Shown: positions 26,625 through 33,627, counted from the first letter of the stretch. The stretch is DNA of 41,826 nt from Candidatus Acidiferrales bacterium (GCA_035603095.1 DATNLB010000535.1:1-41826), one strand, 5' to 3'. Notes: generated by a model not told the origin, from the sequence alone. Program-made: numbers and translations.

Positions 26625-27036
26625 GGTCATCTCCCTCCCGCGCAGCCTCAAGCACCTGGCATTCCGGCATGAACGTGTAGGGGATAAATTGCCCCTTAAA
26701 CATCCTCAGATGCACGCAAGCAACTCGGCCGGTTTGATAGTGTTCTTCGGCAACTTCCTTCGTCGGCCACATCACGAAATGTCCGTTTGGATAAACATTC
26801 ATCCAAAAATCTCGGCCTTCGTCCGGTGCTTGCGCAGCCTCAAGCGCCTGGCGCAGTCCCGTGACGTTGCCCTGGCTTTCGCCGTCGAGATAATCCTCAA
26901 TGGCGCCGCGTAGGCGGGAGTTCTGTGCGTTGAGGGCGTCGTAGTCGGAGGCCCACCGATACAATCCGGTCGGACTCTCTTTGCGCACAAGCCCGTTCCC
27001 GAACCCGTCCATTTCGATGTCGAATAGCTCAGCCAT
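26614..27036 (-). CDS. Hypothetical protein with SDYxAL motif
   Basis: 'YRWASDYDALNAQN'; start MAELFD with SD AAGGAAGG. Confidence 0.68.
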   Translation of the reverse strand: MAELFDIEMDGFGNGLVRKESPTGLYRWASDYDALNAQNSRLRGAIEDYLDGESQGNVTGLRQALEAAQAPDEGRDFWMNVYPNGHFVMWPTKEVAEEHYQTGRVACVHLRMFKGQFIPYTFMPECQVLEAAREGDDHGQ

Positions 27037-27301
27037 TGTCCCTTCCTTGTCTTTGCGCATATATCACCAAGTGCTCGTGCTTGAGCAGAAACTTTGATAC
27101 TGCGGTACACCACAAATCGGCGCTCTCTTGATCCGGCAAATCCTCGCCTGGGTTGGCCGTCGCGAGCAACACAACGGCGTCACGCAATTCGGCCTCAAGT
27201 TTCGCGTAGTCGGAATGCTTGACGTAGGCACCATCTTTTTCCTCGTCCATTGCGCTGGACCAACCGCCGCGATCCTTCCATGGGCCGTATCGCTTAACCA
27301 T
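27029..27301 (-). CDS. Hypothetical protein with SDYxxL motif
   Basis: MVKRY...'DGAYVKHSDYAKLEAEL'. Confidence 0.68.
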   Translation of the reverse strand: MVKRYGPWKDRGGWSSAMDEEKDGAYVKHSDYAKLEAELRDAVVLLATANPGEDLPDQESADLWCTAVSKFLLKHEHLVIYAQRQGRDNG

Positions 27302-27599
27302 TGTCGTTTCCTGTCTTTGCAGTAGGAAAGCCAAACGCCTTCCGAACTTCGTAGATACTGGCCGTCAAGTGTTGAAAGCGCTCGCTATGAACCTCCATAG
27401 CGTGTTCCTCGCTCGGTGGTACGCCGTCGCGCTCATCAGGATTCTGTGCCCACCACAATTGGTTCGCTGCGTCTTGGAACGCCTCGGCGGCATCACATAG
27501 CTCCTTAGCCACGCGCTCGGCCTTGGTGGGCTTGGGTGGATTGCTGAGCGCATCCAGAACGGCGGCCGCCGCCTTCCCCTTGAACGTCATACTAGCCAT
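27294..27599 (-). CDS. Hypothetical protein
   Basis: SD GAGGAG before MASMTFKG. Confidence 0.7.
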   Translation of the reverse strand: MASMTFKGKAAAAVLDALSNPPKPTKAERVAKELCDAAEAFQDAANQLWWAQNPDERDGVPPSEEHAMEVHSERFQHLTASIYEVRKAFGFPTAKTGNDNG

Positions 27600-27656
27600 T
27601 AGACTTCTCCTCTTTTCCCTTATCAAAGCAGCGGTGTGCCGTCCCGCTGCGCTGAT

Positions 27657-28265
27657 CTAGTCGTTGTTTCCGCCGCCTAGAGAGACGACGACTTGTATCG
27701 CGGCGCCTACCGGCTCCATGAGTCCCGCCGCGGGAGTTGTGTACAGCACCGACCCTGCGGGCGCCGTCCCGGTATAGACGTAGGTAATGCTCGGCACGAA
27801 TCCCAAGGCCGTTAATTGCGCCGTCGCGATTGCCTGCGCTTTTCCGGCTGTCACCGGAACGATGGCCGCGATGTGTTTTGCGGTGGGCGGCAGGTAATTG
27901 AGCGTTAGCGTCGGTACGTTGTTCACGACTTGTGCCACGTTACCGTAGGCATCGACGGCAACTTCAGCGGGATTCAACGCTCCGCCGTCATAGGCGCTCA
28001 ACACATAGCCGCCAAAGAAGTCCCAGGTGATGGCGTGGTATGACGTGTAAGTAATCGAGCCACCCCCGCGCCCGCTCGTGGGACATCGAGTGGATGCCCT
28101 CAACTCTCCGTGGACGTTGCCGGCCGTGTCGAAACCCTCAATGTATGAGGCAACGAAGACGCTGCCGCATGACCTCCCGAGCAGAATTGGGTAGCCGGGC
28201 GGTATCGGTAGGTTCAAAGCGGATGCGGTACCGGTCAAAAGCAGAGCCAGAAATAGAGCCTTCAT
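27657..28265 (-). CDS. Secreted protein with C-terminal PASTA domain
   Basis: Signal peptide MKALFLALLLTGTASA; 'VPVTAGKAQAIATAQLTALGF...AGSVLYTTPAAG...VGAAIQVVVS' fits the PASTA consensus. Confidence 0.75.
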   Translation of the reverse strand: MKALFLALLLTGTASALNLPIPPGYPILLGRSCGSVFVASYIEGFDTAGNVHGELRASTRCPTSGRGGGSITYTSYHAITWDFFGGYVLSAYDGGALNPAEVAVDAYGNVAQVVNNVPTLTLNYLPPTAKHIAAIVPVTAGKAQAIATAQLTALGFVPSITYVYTGTAPAGSVLYTTPAAGLMEPVGAAIQVVVSLGGGNND

Positions 28266-28379
28266 GTCAATTTCCCTTTGTAGTTAGTCTTATTACCGTG
28301 CCTATTTTTCGACTCGGCACGGCCTTAAGTCGTAGGGTCATTGTGCCTAAGCGGCTGACAATTGCACCCTGAAAATGCA

Positions 28380-28712
28380 CTAGGGGATACCCTTAATCAG
28401 TTCGTTAACCTTCGCCAACAGTTCGCGCTGACTGCCATACACTCTGGCGAATTCCTTTGATTCATGGAACATCGAGGGGCCAAACATGCCACGCATCCAA
28501 GTGACAGAATGATTCATGATCGGTTCGCCGCGGTGGTGCCAATGGCATAGCGGGATTGTTGCCTGGTTACCGCCTGAATGCTTCCGATAGCCCTTATCCA
28601 CCAAATGATGGACTTCAGCCGGCAGGATGTGAGCGGCTCCCCGTTCGTGATGACAAGCAATGCACCCCAGTTCGCGTAAGGCTTCATAGCGTTTAAGGTC
28701 GCGGCTGCTCAC
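28380..28712 (-). CDS. Ref-like (recombination enhancement) HNH-type nuclease
   Basis: 'LGCIAC...AEVHH...TIPLCHWHHRG...FARVYGSQRELL'. Confidence 0.78.
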   Translation of the reverse strand: MSSRDLKRYEALRELGCIACHHERGAAHILPAEVHHLVDKGYRKHSGGNQATIPLCHWHHRGEPIMNHSVTWMRGMFGPSMFHESKEFARVYGSQRELLAKVNELIKGIP

Positions 28713-29035
28713 GTAATCAGCCCCTTATTGCGGGTGGAATTCATCGACCGCCAGCATTCGATAATGATCACTTCCCGGCTGCGTTCGTTCTTGAGCGTGT
28801 CATGGGCCTGCAAAGCCGTGAAGTAATCATCCATAGCCTTAGCATAGTCCTCGTGAATGCCAGCCAGCGCGTTCCTTTCCGCTACGTTTCCTTCGCTGCG
28901 TAGGAATATTGCGTCCTTCGTTGCTTTCGCTTTGAACTCGGCGCGCTCGGCTTTCATGTGCAACTCGGCTACCAGCGCATCGGACTTTGCCAAACGCTTT
29001 AACGCAGTTTCGAGTCGTTCATCATCAATTAGCAT
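28709..29035 (-). CDS. Helical hypothetical protein (possible UvsY-like recombination mediator)
   Basis: Coiled-coil pattern ending 'IECWRSMNS'; lies between the SSB-like gene and the nuclease. The function is an inference. Confidence 0.5.
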   Translation of the reverse strand: MLIDDERLETALKRLAKSDALVAELHMKAERAEFKAKATKDAIFLRSEGNVAERNALAGIHEDYAKAMDDYFTALQAHDTLKNERSREVIIIECWRSMNSTRNKGLIT

Positions 29036-29294
29036 TTTTTCCGATCCTTACGTATTCACGCCAAGCACGTCTTTCCATAGCATTCAAGTGATCCCAAGCC
29101 GCAATCATTTCGTCCTGATCCACCTGACAGTTATACAAATACGCCTCAAGCGCTATATCCACTTCCTCTAGATCGCGGTTCAATATCTGGCGCATCTCGC
29201 CGGCTAATTGAATCGCGCGTTCTTCATCCACAGAACGCCCCGAGTCGCCTCGGGGGTCTGCATAGTCACCGATCATGTCAGTGACTTTAGCCAT
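29025..29294 (-). CDS. Hypothetical protein
   Basis: TGATG coupling to the SSB-like gene. Confidence 0.65.
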   Translation of the reverse strand: MAKVTDMIGDYADPRGDSGRSVDEERAIQLAGEMRQILNRDLEEVDIALEAYLYNCQVDQDEMIAAWDHLNAMERRAWREYVRIGKNAN

Positions 29295-29686
29295 CAGAAT
29301 GGGAGGTCATCATCGAGTTCAGGTGTAACCGTTTCCTGAGCCGTCCCAGGACGCACTGCATCGGCTTTCGATGGCTTCATGGGCCGAAGTCTCAATCCAC
29401 CGACGACCCGGCCCTGGAAGCTCACGTTCGGGTCTACGTAGACCGTCACTTTTTTGCCAACCCAGTTATCCGACTCATCCCCAAAGGCCGATTCCAGTAC
29501 GCGAATGCTGGTGATGTTCAAAACCATCCCTTTCGCCTGTTCGCGAAAGTAGATGATCCAGCGTTCCTCTACCTTGTCATCTTTGCCCAAGTTTTCGAGT
29601 TTCAGCCCCTTGATGGTGCAAATGGCGTCTTCGTCGAAGTCCTCTTTGCGCAGGTACTTGCTTTCGATCATATCTTTAACTTTCAT
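29294..29686 (-). CDS. Putative single-stranded DNA-binding protein
   Basis: Likely start MKVKDMIESKYL (SD GAAGAGGG); beta-rich OB-like body; acidic C-terminus DDDLPF like the SSB tail. An upstream in-frame start at 29794 is possible. Confidence 0.68.
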   Translation of the reverse strand: MKVKDMIESKYLRKEDFDEDAICTIKGLKLENLGKDDKVEERWIIYFREQAKGMVLNITSIRVLESAFGDESDNWVGKKVTVYVDPNVSFQGRVVGGLRLRPMKPSKADAVRPGTAQETVTPELDDDLPF

Positions 29687-29790
29687 GTAACCCTCTTCGT
29701 GTAAGTACGTGTTGAACTCTGCTACTACTTGAATGTGACGCTGCCAATCCAGGCTGTCCTGGTGATGCCACCACGCGTCTATGGTGTCAT

Positions 29791-30066
29791 TCATATTTGC
29801 TTACGTAACAAAGCGGGGGCTTCAGCCAAATACAGCCCCCGCTTAGTCTTCGTTGCTAAAGCGTACTCCAGCATGTGAGCCCTTGCCGTAAGCTGGGCAA
29901 CCTGCAAGTTCAATCGCGTGATTAGCTCATCCTTGACTCTGATATCCCGCAGCAATAAGGCTTTTGCCTCTTGCCGGTCATCCCACCATCGGGTTAGGAA
30001 CTCAGCAATGATCACGGCAAGGCAGGCACTGAGCATGATCACAAGGAACATGAAAAAGATGCTCAT
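29791..30066 (-). CDS. Membrane-anchored coiled-coil protein
   Basis: N-terminal TM; ATGA overlaps. Confidence 0.62.
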   Translation of the reverse strand: MSIFFMFLVIMLSACLAVIIAEFLTRWWDDRQEAKALLLRDIRVKDELITRLNLQVAQLTARAHMLEYALATKTKRGLYLAEAPALLRKQI

Positions 30067-30251
30067 GCGCTTTCCGCCTCTTCGAGGACCGTGAATTCCG
30101 GCGTGCCGTCGATCAGATTTTGAAAGCGTTGGCGCAGATGATTTTCGTTCATTCCGCTATCGACGAGAGCCCATCGATTATCCCTAAACTGCTCGATGCG
30201 AAACCAAGGTTGCATCAAGGATGCATGGTCATGTATCAATCGGTATTTCAT
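30063..30251 (-). CDS. Hypothetical protein
   Basis: SD GGAG; ATGA overlaps. Confidence 0.65.
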   Translation of the reverse strand: MKYRLIHDHASLMQPWFRIEQFRDNRWALVDSGMNENHLRQRFQNLIDGTPEFTVLEEAESA

Positions 30252-30379
30252 TCTATATCTCCCACTAAGGCTAAACTTTGGAGGGCGAGATTCAGAATCG
30301 CCGCATCATGGCGCTCTTCGTCTGCCAGCATTTCGTCAATGTCGAGCTGATCTAGCTCGTTGAAGTCTTCGTCGTCCAT
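30248..30379 (-). CDS. Small highly acidic protein (43 aa)
   Basis: MDDEDFNELDQLDIDEMLADEERHDAAILNLALQSLALVGDIE*; starts 2 nt after the upstream stop and overlaps the downstream ATG. Confidence 0.6.
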   Translation of the reverse strand: MDDEDFNELDQLDIDEMLADEERHDAAILNLALQSLALVGDIE

Positions 30380-30380
30380 G

Positions 30381-30617
30381 TCAATCCCATCCTCTGCAAC
30401 CACAGTAGTAACGGTCAATCGCTTGTGGCCCTTTGGCCGTGAACTCGCGGCATGCCTGCTTGAAATCTGGCCTATGGGCTATTTTGTGATAGCCGCATTT
30501 GCAGATATCAGCGGCCTCTGCCGAGCCGTCGCCAGTAAACTCAAAGAAAGCGATGTCAGGTGACGACGCGACAGTCTTACCGCAACCACAGCGCGCCATA
30601 CGACCGGCTAAGTTCAT
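30381..30617 (-). CDS. Cys-rich putative zinc-binding protein
   Basis: MNLAGRMARCGCG...CKCGYH...C...YYCGCRGWD; ATGA overlap with the first leftward gene. Confidence 0.68.
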   Translation of the reverse strand: MNLAGRMARCGCGKTVASSPDIAFFEFTGDGSAEAADICKCGYHKIAHRPDFKQACREFTAKGPQAIDRYYCGCRGWD

Positions 30618-30712
30618 ACGCAAAACTCCATGATTGTCGCCACCACAAACAGCCCCATCAATCCCTTGATCACCCATAGGGTAGTGCGCTCTTGCTTGCT
30701 GTAAATGTCCAT
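30614..30712 (-). CDS. First leftward gene: 32-aa membrane peptide, probably leaderless
   Basis: MDIYSKQERTTLWVIKGLMGLFVVATIMEFCV*; ATG 7 nt after a TATATT -10 box. Confidence 0.55.
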   Translation of the reverse strand: MDIYSKQERTTLWVIKGLMGLFVVATIMEFCV

Positions 30713-30776
30713 GACTGCAATATACACAGTGCTATAGCATTTGCAATAGGTATTTAGCTATGTAATACTCTACTTC
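30713..30776. promoter_or_regulatory. Divergent sigma70-type promoter pair sharing a palindromic TTGCAA -35, with operator-like palindrome
   Basis: TTGCAA 30741-30746 reads the same on both strands; rightward -10 TAATAC/AATACT at 30763-30769; leftward -10 TATATT at 30724-30719; palindrome TGCTATAGCA at 30730-30739. Confidence 0.68.
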
Positions 30777-30956
30777 ATGAAAAAGTTAGCTTCGATACGA
30801 AAAAAGCGCGGGTTGTCACAAACAGCCCTCGCGGCAGCACTTAGAACCAGTCAGGCCAACGTATCGAAATGGGAAAAAGGATGGACAGTACCGAGACCGA
30901 ACACATTAACGCGAATCAGTCAGGCCCTCGGGTGCAAAGAGTCCGAGCTGACGTGA
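30777..30956 (+). CDS. XRE/Cro-like helix-turn-helix regulator (59 aa)
   Basis: MKKLASIRKKRGLSQTALAAALRTSQANVSKWEKGWTVPRPNTLTRISQALGC..., classic HTH_3; below the ORF-track cutoff. Confidence 0.9.
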   Translation: MKKLASIRKKRGLSQTALAAALRTSQANVSKWEKGWTVPRPNTLTRISQALGCKESELT

Positions 30957-31025
30957 TCGTGGATATTGACCTGACGGAACTCATCTGTCAGGAGATCGCG
31001 TTCTATTGGTATACGGTATTGCGCG

Positions 31026-31229
31026 ATGCGGCATAGTTGGGTACTCGTCGAGCGTTATCCGCACGTCACGAAGTCGCGCTGTTCCCGTTGCAATGCAACG
31101 CGGGTCGTCGTCTCAGATAACGATCGGATGCCGGTTAACCGTTACACAAAGGCGGGTGTCGTCACACATACAGCACCGGAGTGCGTGAGTCAGTCGCTAA
31201 CAGGAGGTGATGCTATGGATACAGGATAG
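31026..31229 (+). CDS. Small protein with CxxC
   Basis: MRHSW...CSRCNATR...; ends across the next SD (AGGAGG). Confidence 0.55.
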   Translation: MRHSWVLVERYPHVTKSRCSRCNATRVVVSDNDRMPVNRYTKAGVVTHTAPECVSQSLTGGDAMDTG

Positions 31230-31269
31230 GGACGTTGATTGTTCGAGAACTCAAGTTCTGGAGAAACCC

Positions 31270-31908
31270 ATGGAGACTATCGACAAGGTTGAAAAAGCTC
31301 ATTATCTCGCGGATGAGCATGATGTTGAATTACTCGCCGTCAACTATCGCGCCTGTTCAGAAGGAGCGAAGCGGGTAGACGGTGCTTACCTTCGGATCTT
31401 AATCGCCTCGCTACAGGCGAAATTTCCGGGTAAGCGCAAGCTGAAAGACACCGATCTGCACAGCCACAGTGAATATGTGCATGAGATCCACACGACATAT
31501 TACCACGCGGTGTTACGAGGTGTCACGAGTGACGATGTAAAGGACGACGAGCTTTTGAGCGTTGATGAGCGACGCGCTCGAGCGGGAGTGAGGAATGGTC
31601 GGGCGAACTTTGCCCGATCAGCGGCAAGTACGCTGCAGAGTTACATCAAGGCCGGCGGGGATGTGCGAAGCCTCAGCGTATTGACTGTCACGAAGACGGC
31701 CTTACGGACCTTCGCTCTGGCTAAGCAACCAGAAGCCCCGAAAATGGAATTGGTCATGGCTGCGCTATCGAAGGTGGAGAAGCGCGTTATGACGTGGGTC
31801 GATGAAGACCCGGATCAGGCGAGAGCAGCGGTAGAGGAGTGCATGGCGAGATTGCAGCATATCTTGGATGATCTGCCGCAGCACGAGCGGAGGAAGAAAG
31901 CCGCGTAA
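31270..31908 (+). CDS. Hypothetical helical protein
   Basis: Likely start METIDK with SD GGAG (upstream in-frame starts at 31207-31210 are possible); followed by a terminator. Confidence 0.75.
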   Translation: METIDKVEKAHYLADEHDVELLAVNYRACSEGAKRVDGAYLRILIASLQAKFPGKRKLKDTDLHSHSEYVHEIHTTYYHAVLRGVTSDDVKDDELLSVDERRARAGVRNGRANFARSAASTLQSYIKAGGDVRSLSVLTVTKTALRTFALAKQPEAPKMELVMAALSKVEKRVMTWVDEDPDQARAAVEECMARLQHILDDLPQHERRKKAA

Positions 31909-31926
31909 AGTTCCCGCGGGAACAAT

Positions 31927-31953
31927 GAAGCCCCCTCACTGGGGGCTTTTTTA
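31927..31953 (+). terminator. Rho-independent terminator
   Basis: AAGCCCCC-tcact-GGGGGCTT followed by a T run. Confidence 0.88.
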
Positions 31954-31990
31954 TGACCCCCAAAACGCCAAAACCCCCTGAAAAGGGGGC

Positions 31991-32019
31991 TTGACGACCA
32001 AGGGAGTTGGGTTTATGTT
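31991..32019 (+). promoter_or_regulatory. Sigma70-type promoter
   Basis: TTGACG (31991-31996), 17 nt, TATGTT (32014-32019), just downstream of the terminator; predicted +1 near 32024-32027. Confidence 0.72.
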
Positions 32020-32023
32020 CTAC

Positions 32024-32560
32024 GTGCGAAGAAGAACGGATGTAACTGTAAAGCGTTCTGCCATTACAGTCAATTACCCCCGTTTGAAATTGCCGCTTGA
32101 CCGCGAGAGAGACTATGGGCCGCCCGAGGGCTGCTGTCACAGAACTCGGAATAGCCAGCAAGTCTGGTGCCGCGAACTTGCCTCATTCGCAGATGAGGAT
32201 TCCGAGCGCCTCCTAACCGCTAACCCGGTGGGGGATAGGGTGGACTTCATACCGAAGGGTATTTCGAGCAGGATCAGGGCATCTGACTGGTGTCAGAGGT
32301 TAAGGGTTCGATTCCCGCTGAACCTTGGTCCTGCTTCAAAGTATCTTTCGGTATGGTCTTTCGGGGTTGAGTTACTACGGAGTAGCAGGTGACCGAGAGA
32401 TATCTACCGTATAGCAGGTTAGACCTAGGGCGCGTATCCACAGGAGGTGGGTGGGTAAGCGGAAGGCGGACTATGGGAGTAATATTTTAATGATTAAAAC
32501 AGCGCAGTCCCGTAGGGAAACTCAGGATGCTGTTACGCAATAGTTACGGTCTGTTACGGA
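32024..32560 (+). ncRNA. Candidate large structured non-coding RNA/replication-origin region
   Basis: Many nested helices with G-U pairs on the + strand, a stem of about 32 bp (32248-32279/32323-32355) capped by a tRNA-like T arm; longest gap without a convincing gene in an otherwise tightly packed genome. Confidence 0.62.
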
Positions 32561-32566
32561 GGACGC

Positions 32567-32773
32567 ATGATCTGGACACAAACAAGCGACGGAGTAACCG
32601 AGAGCGGCTTCTATCGAATCCACCGCGGAGTCTCGGACTATCAGCTTTGGTTTACCCACCCTAAAGCCCTCAAGCTCATCGGTAGGGCTAAAACGCTAGG
32701 TGAAGCGAAGGGTGATGCGGTGCGGTGGGCGGAGAAACTGAAACAGTCTAATCCAGAAGGGCAGTCGAAATGA
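32567..32773 (+). CDS. Hypothetical protein
   Basis: SD GGAGG; first gene after the structured region. Confidence 0.72.
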   Translation: MIWTQTSDGVTESGFYRIHRGVSDYQLWFTHPKALKLIGRAKTLGEAKGDAVRWAEKLKQSNPEGQSK

Positions 32774-32877
32774 ACGCTGGAACAATATTTTGGCTTGTGG
32801 CGTGTGTCTCGTGCTTCACGTTCGGGATCACCATTGGGATGCTGCTGAGTACTTTTGAACCAGGATCAGCCAAGTGA
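32770..32877 (+). CDS. Small membrane peptide (35 aa)
   Basis: MNAGTIFWLVACVSCFTFGITIGMLLSTF...; ATGA/GTGA overlaps on both sides. Confidence 0.55.
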   Translation: MNAGTIFWLVACVSCFTFGITIGMLLSTFEPGSAK

Positions 32878-33089
32878 AGGGCGGATGGCGGCGCTGCAAT
32901 TGGTGCAGCAAAGACCGCAAGACTTTTTCAGGTATCGAGAAGATGTCGATACTCGGTGGGCGCTGGTCCGAGATGTGCGCTCGGTGCGCCAGCAAGCATG
33001 ACCGCGTCATGTGCACGAATCCCTTCGCCGGCTTGTTTGGCAATACCACCAGGCCGGTCGGCACAACCACTGAAACAGAGGGGAAATGA
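32874..33089 (+). CDS. Small zinc-finger-like protein
   Basis: CNWC...CARC; coupled overlaps. Confidence 0.6.
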   Translation: MKGGWRRCNWCSKDRKTFSGIEKMSILGGRWSEMCARCASKHDRVMCTNPFAGLFGNTTRPVGTTTETEGK

Positions 33090-33295
33090 GCTACACCCGC
33101 CGCATGAAAACCACGTTTTTAGTCAAGCACGAACGCGGGCTCTATTTTCGTATTTTCGGCTACGGGTTGGCGTTCAATCGAGATATGCGGCCTTCATTCT
33201 CAGAGCGATACGGCCATCGCAAGATTCTGCGCATTGGTCGATGGGCCATTGGGTTCCTTCATCGTCGCAGTTTGATGTTGATGAGGCCAGAATAA
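33086..33295 (+). CDS. Hypothetical protein
   Basis: 'FRIFGYGL...FSERYG'; SD GAGGGG. Confidence 0.65.
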   Translation: MSYTRRMKTTFLVKHERGLYFRIFGYGLAFNRDMRPSFSERYGHRKILRIGRWAIGFLHRRSLMLMRPE

Positions 33296-33627
33296 TGCTT
33301 AAGGCGATCGGTAACGAAGCAGAGCAGGTTCTCGCCTACCAATGCCTAGCGGATGGCCTTTTGGAGTTCGAGCAGGAATATCGATTTGAGCCGAGCCGAA
33401 AGTACCGTTTAGACCTCGCCTTTCCCAAACAGAAGGTGGGAATCGAGATAGAAGGCGCTATATTCGCCGCAGGAGCCCATAGCAGGCCGCTCGGCATCAT
33501 CCGCGACATGGGGAAGCATAACCTGCTAATCCTCTCAGGATGGCGCGTATTGCGTTATACGCCGTCCCAGGTGAGGAACGGGGAAGCGATTGAGGGATTG
33601 AAACGACTATTGCAGGAGCAAAAATGA
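33295..33627 (+). CDS. PD-(D/E)xK endonuclease (DUF559/Vsr-like)
   Basis: 'FEQEYRF...RKYRLDLAFP...IEIEG...GWRVLRYT'; start moved to ATG 33295 (TAATG coupling). Confidence 0.82.
   Translation: MLKAIGNEAEQVLAYQCLADGLLEFEQEYRFEPSRKYRLDLAFPKQKVGIEIEGAIFAAGAHSRPLGIIRDMGKHNLLILSGWRVLRYTPSQVRNGEAIEGLKRLLQEQK

Noticed and set aside
32270-32330. Bona fide tRNA or tmRNA gene
   Set aside because: Only a T arm and an anticodon-like arm are present; no D arm, 7-nt anticodon loop, CCA end or tag ORF seen.
31991-32392. 133-aa ORF over the structured region
   Set aside because: It starts within the predicted promoter, has an R/S-rich composition with no motif, and is not coupled to neighbours. An AGGGAG before ATG 32015 means it is not fully excluded.
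32024-32560. Group II intron (GTGCG at 32024) or group I intron (AGAGACTA near 32108)
   Set aside because: No domain V (catalytic AGC/CGC hairpin), no matching group I S element, no interrupted gene and no RT or maturase.
32956-33294. N-terminal extension of the Vsr-like nuclease
   Set aside because: It overlaps two better-supported small genes; the nuclease domain begins at ATG 33295.
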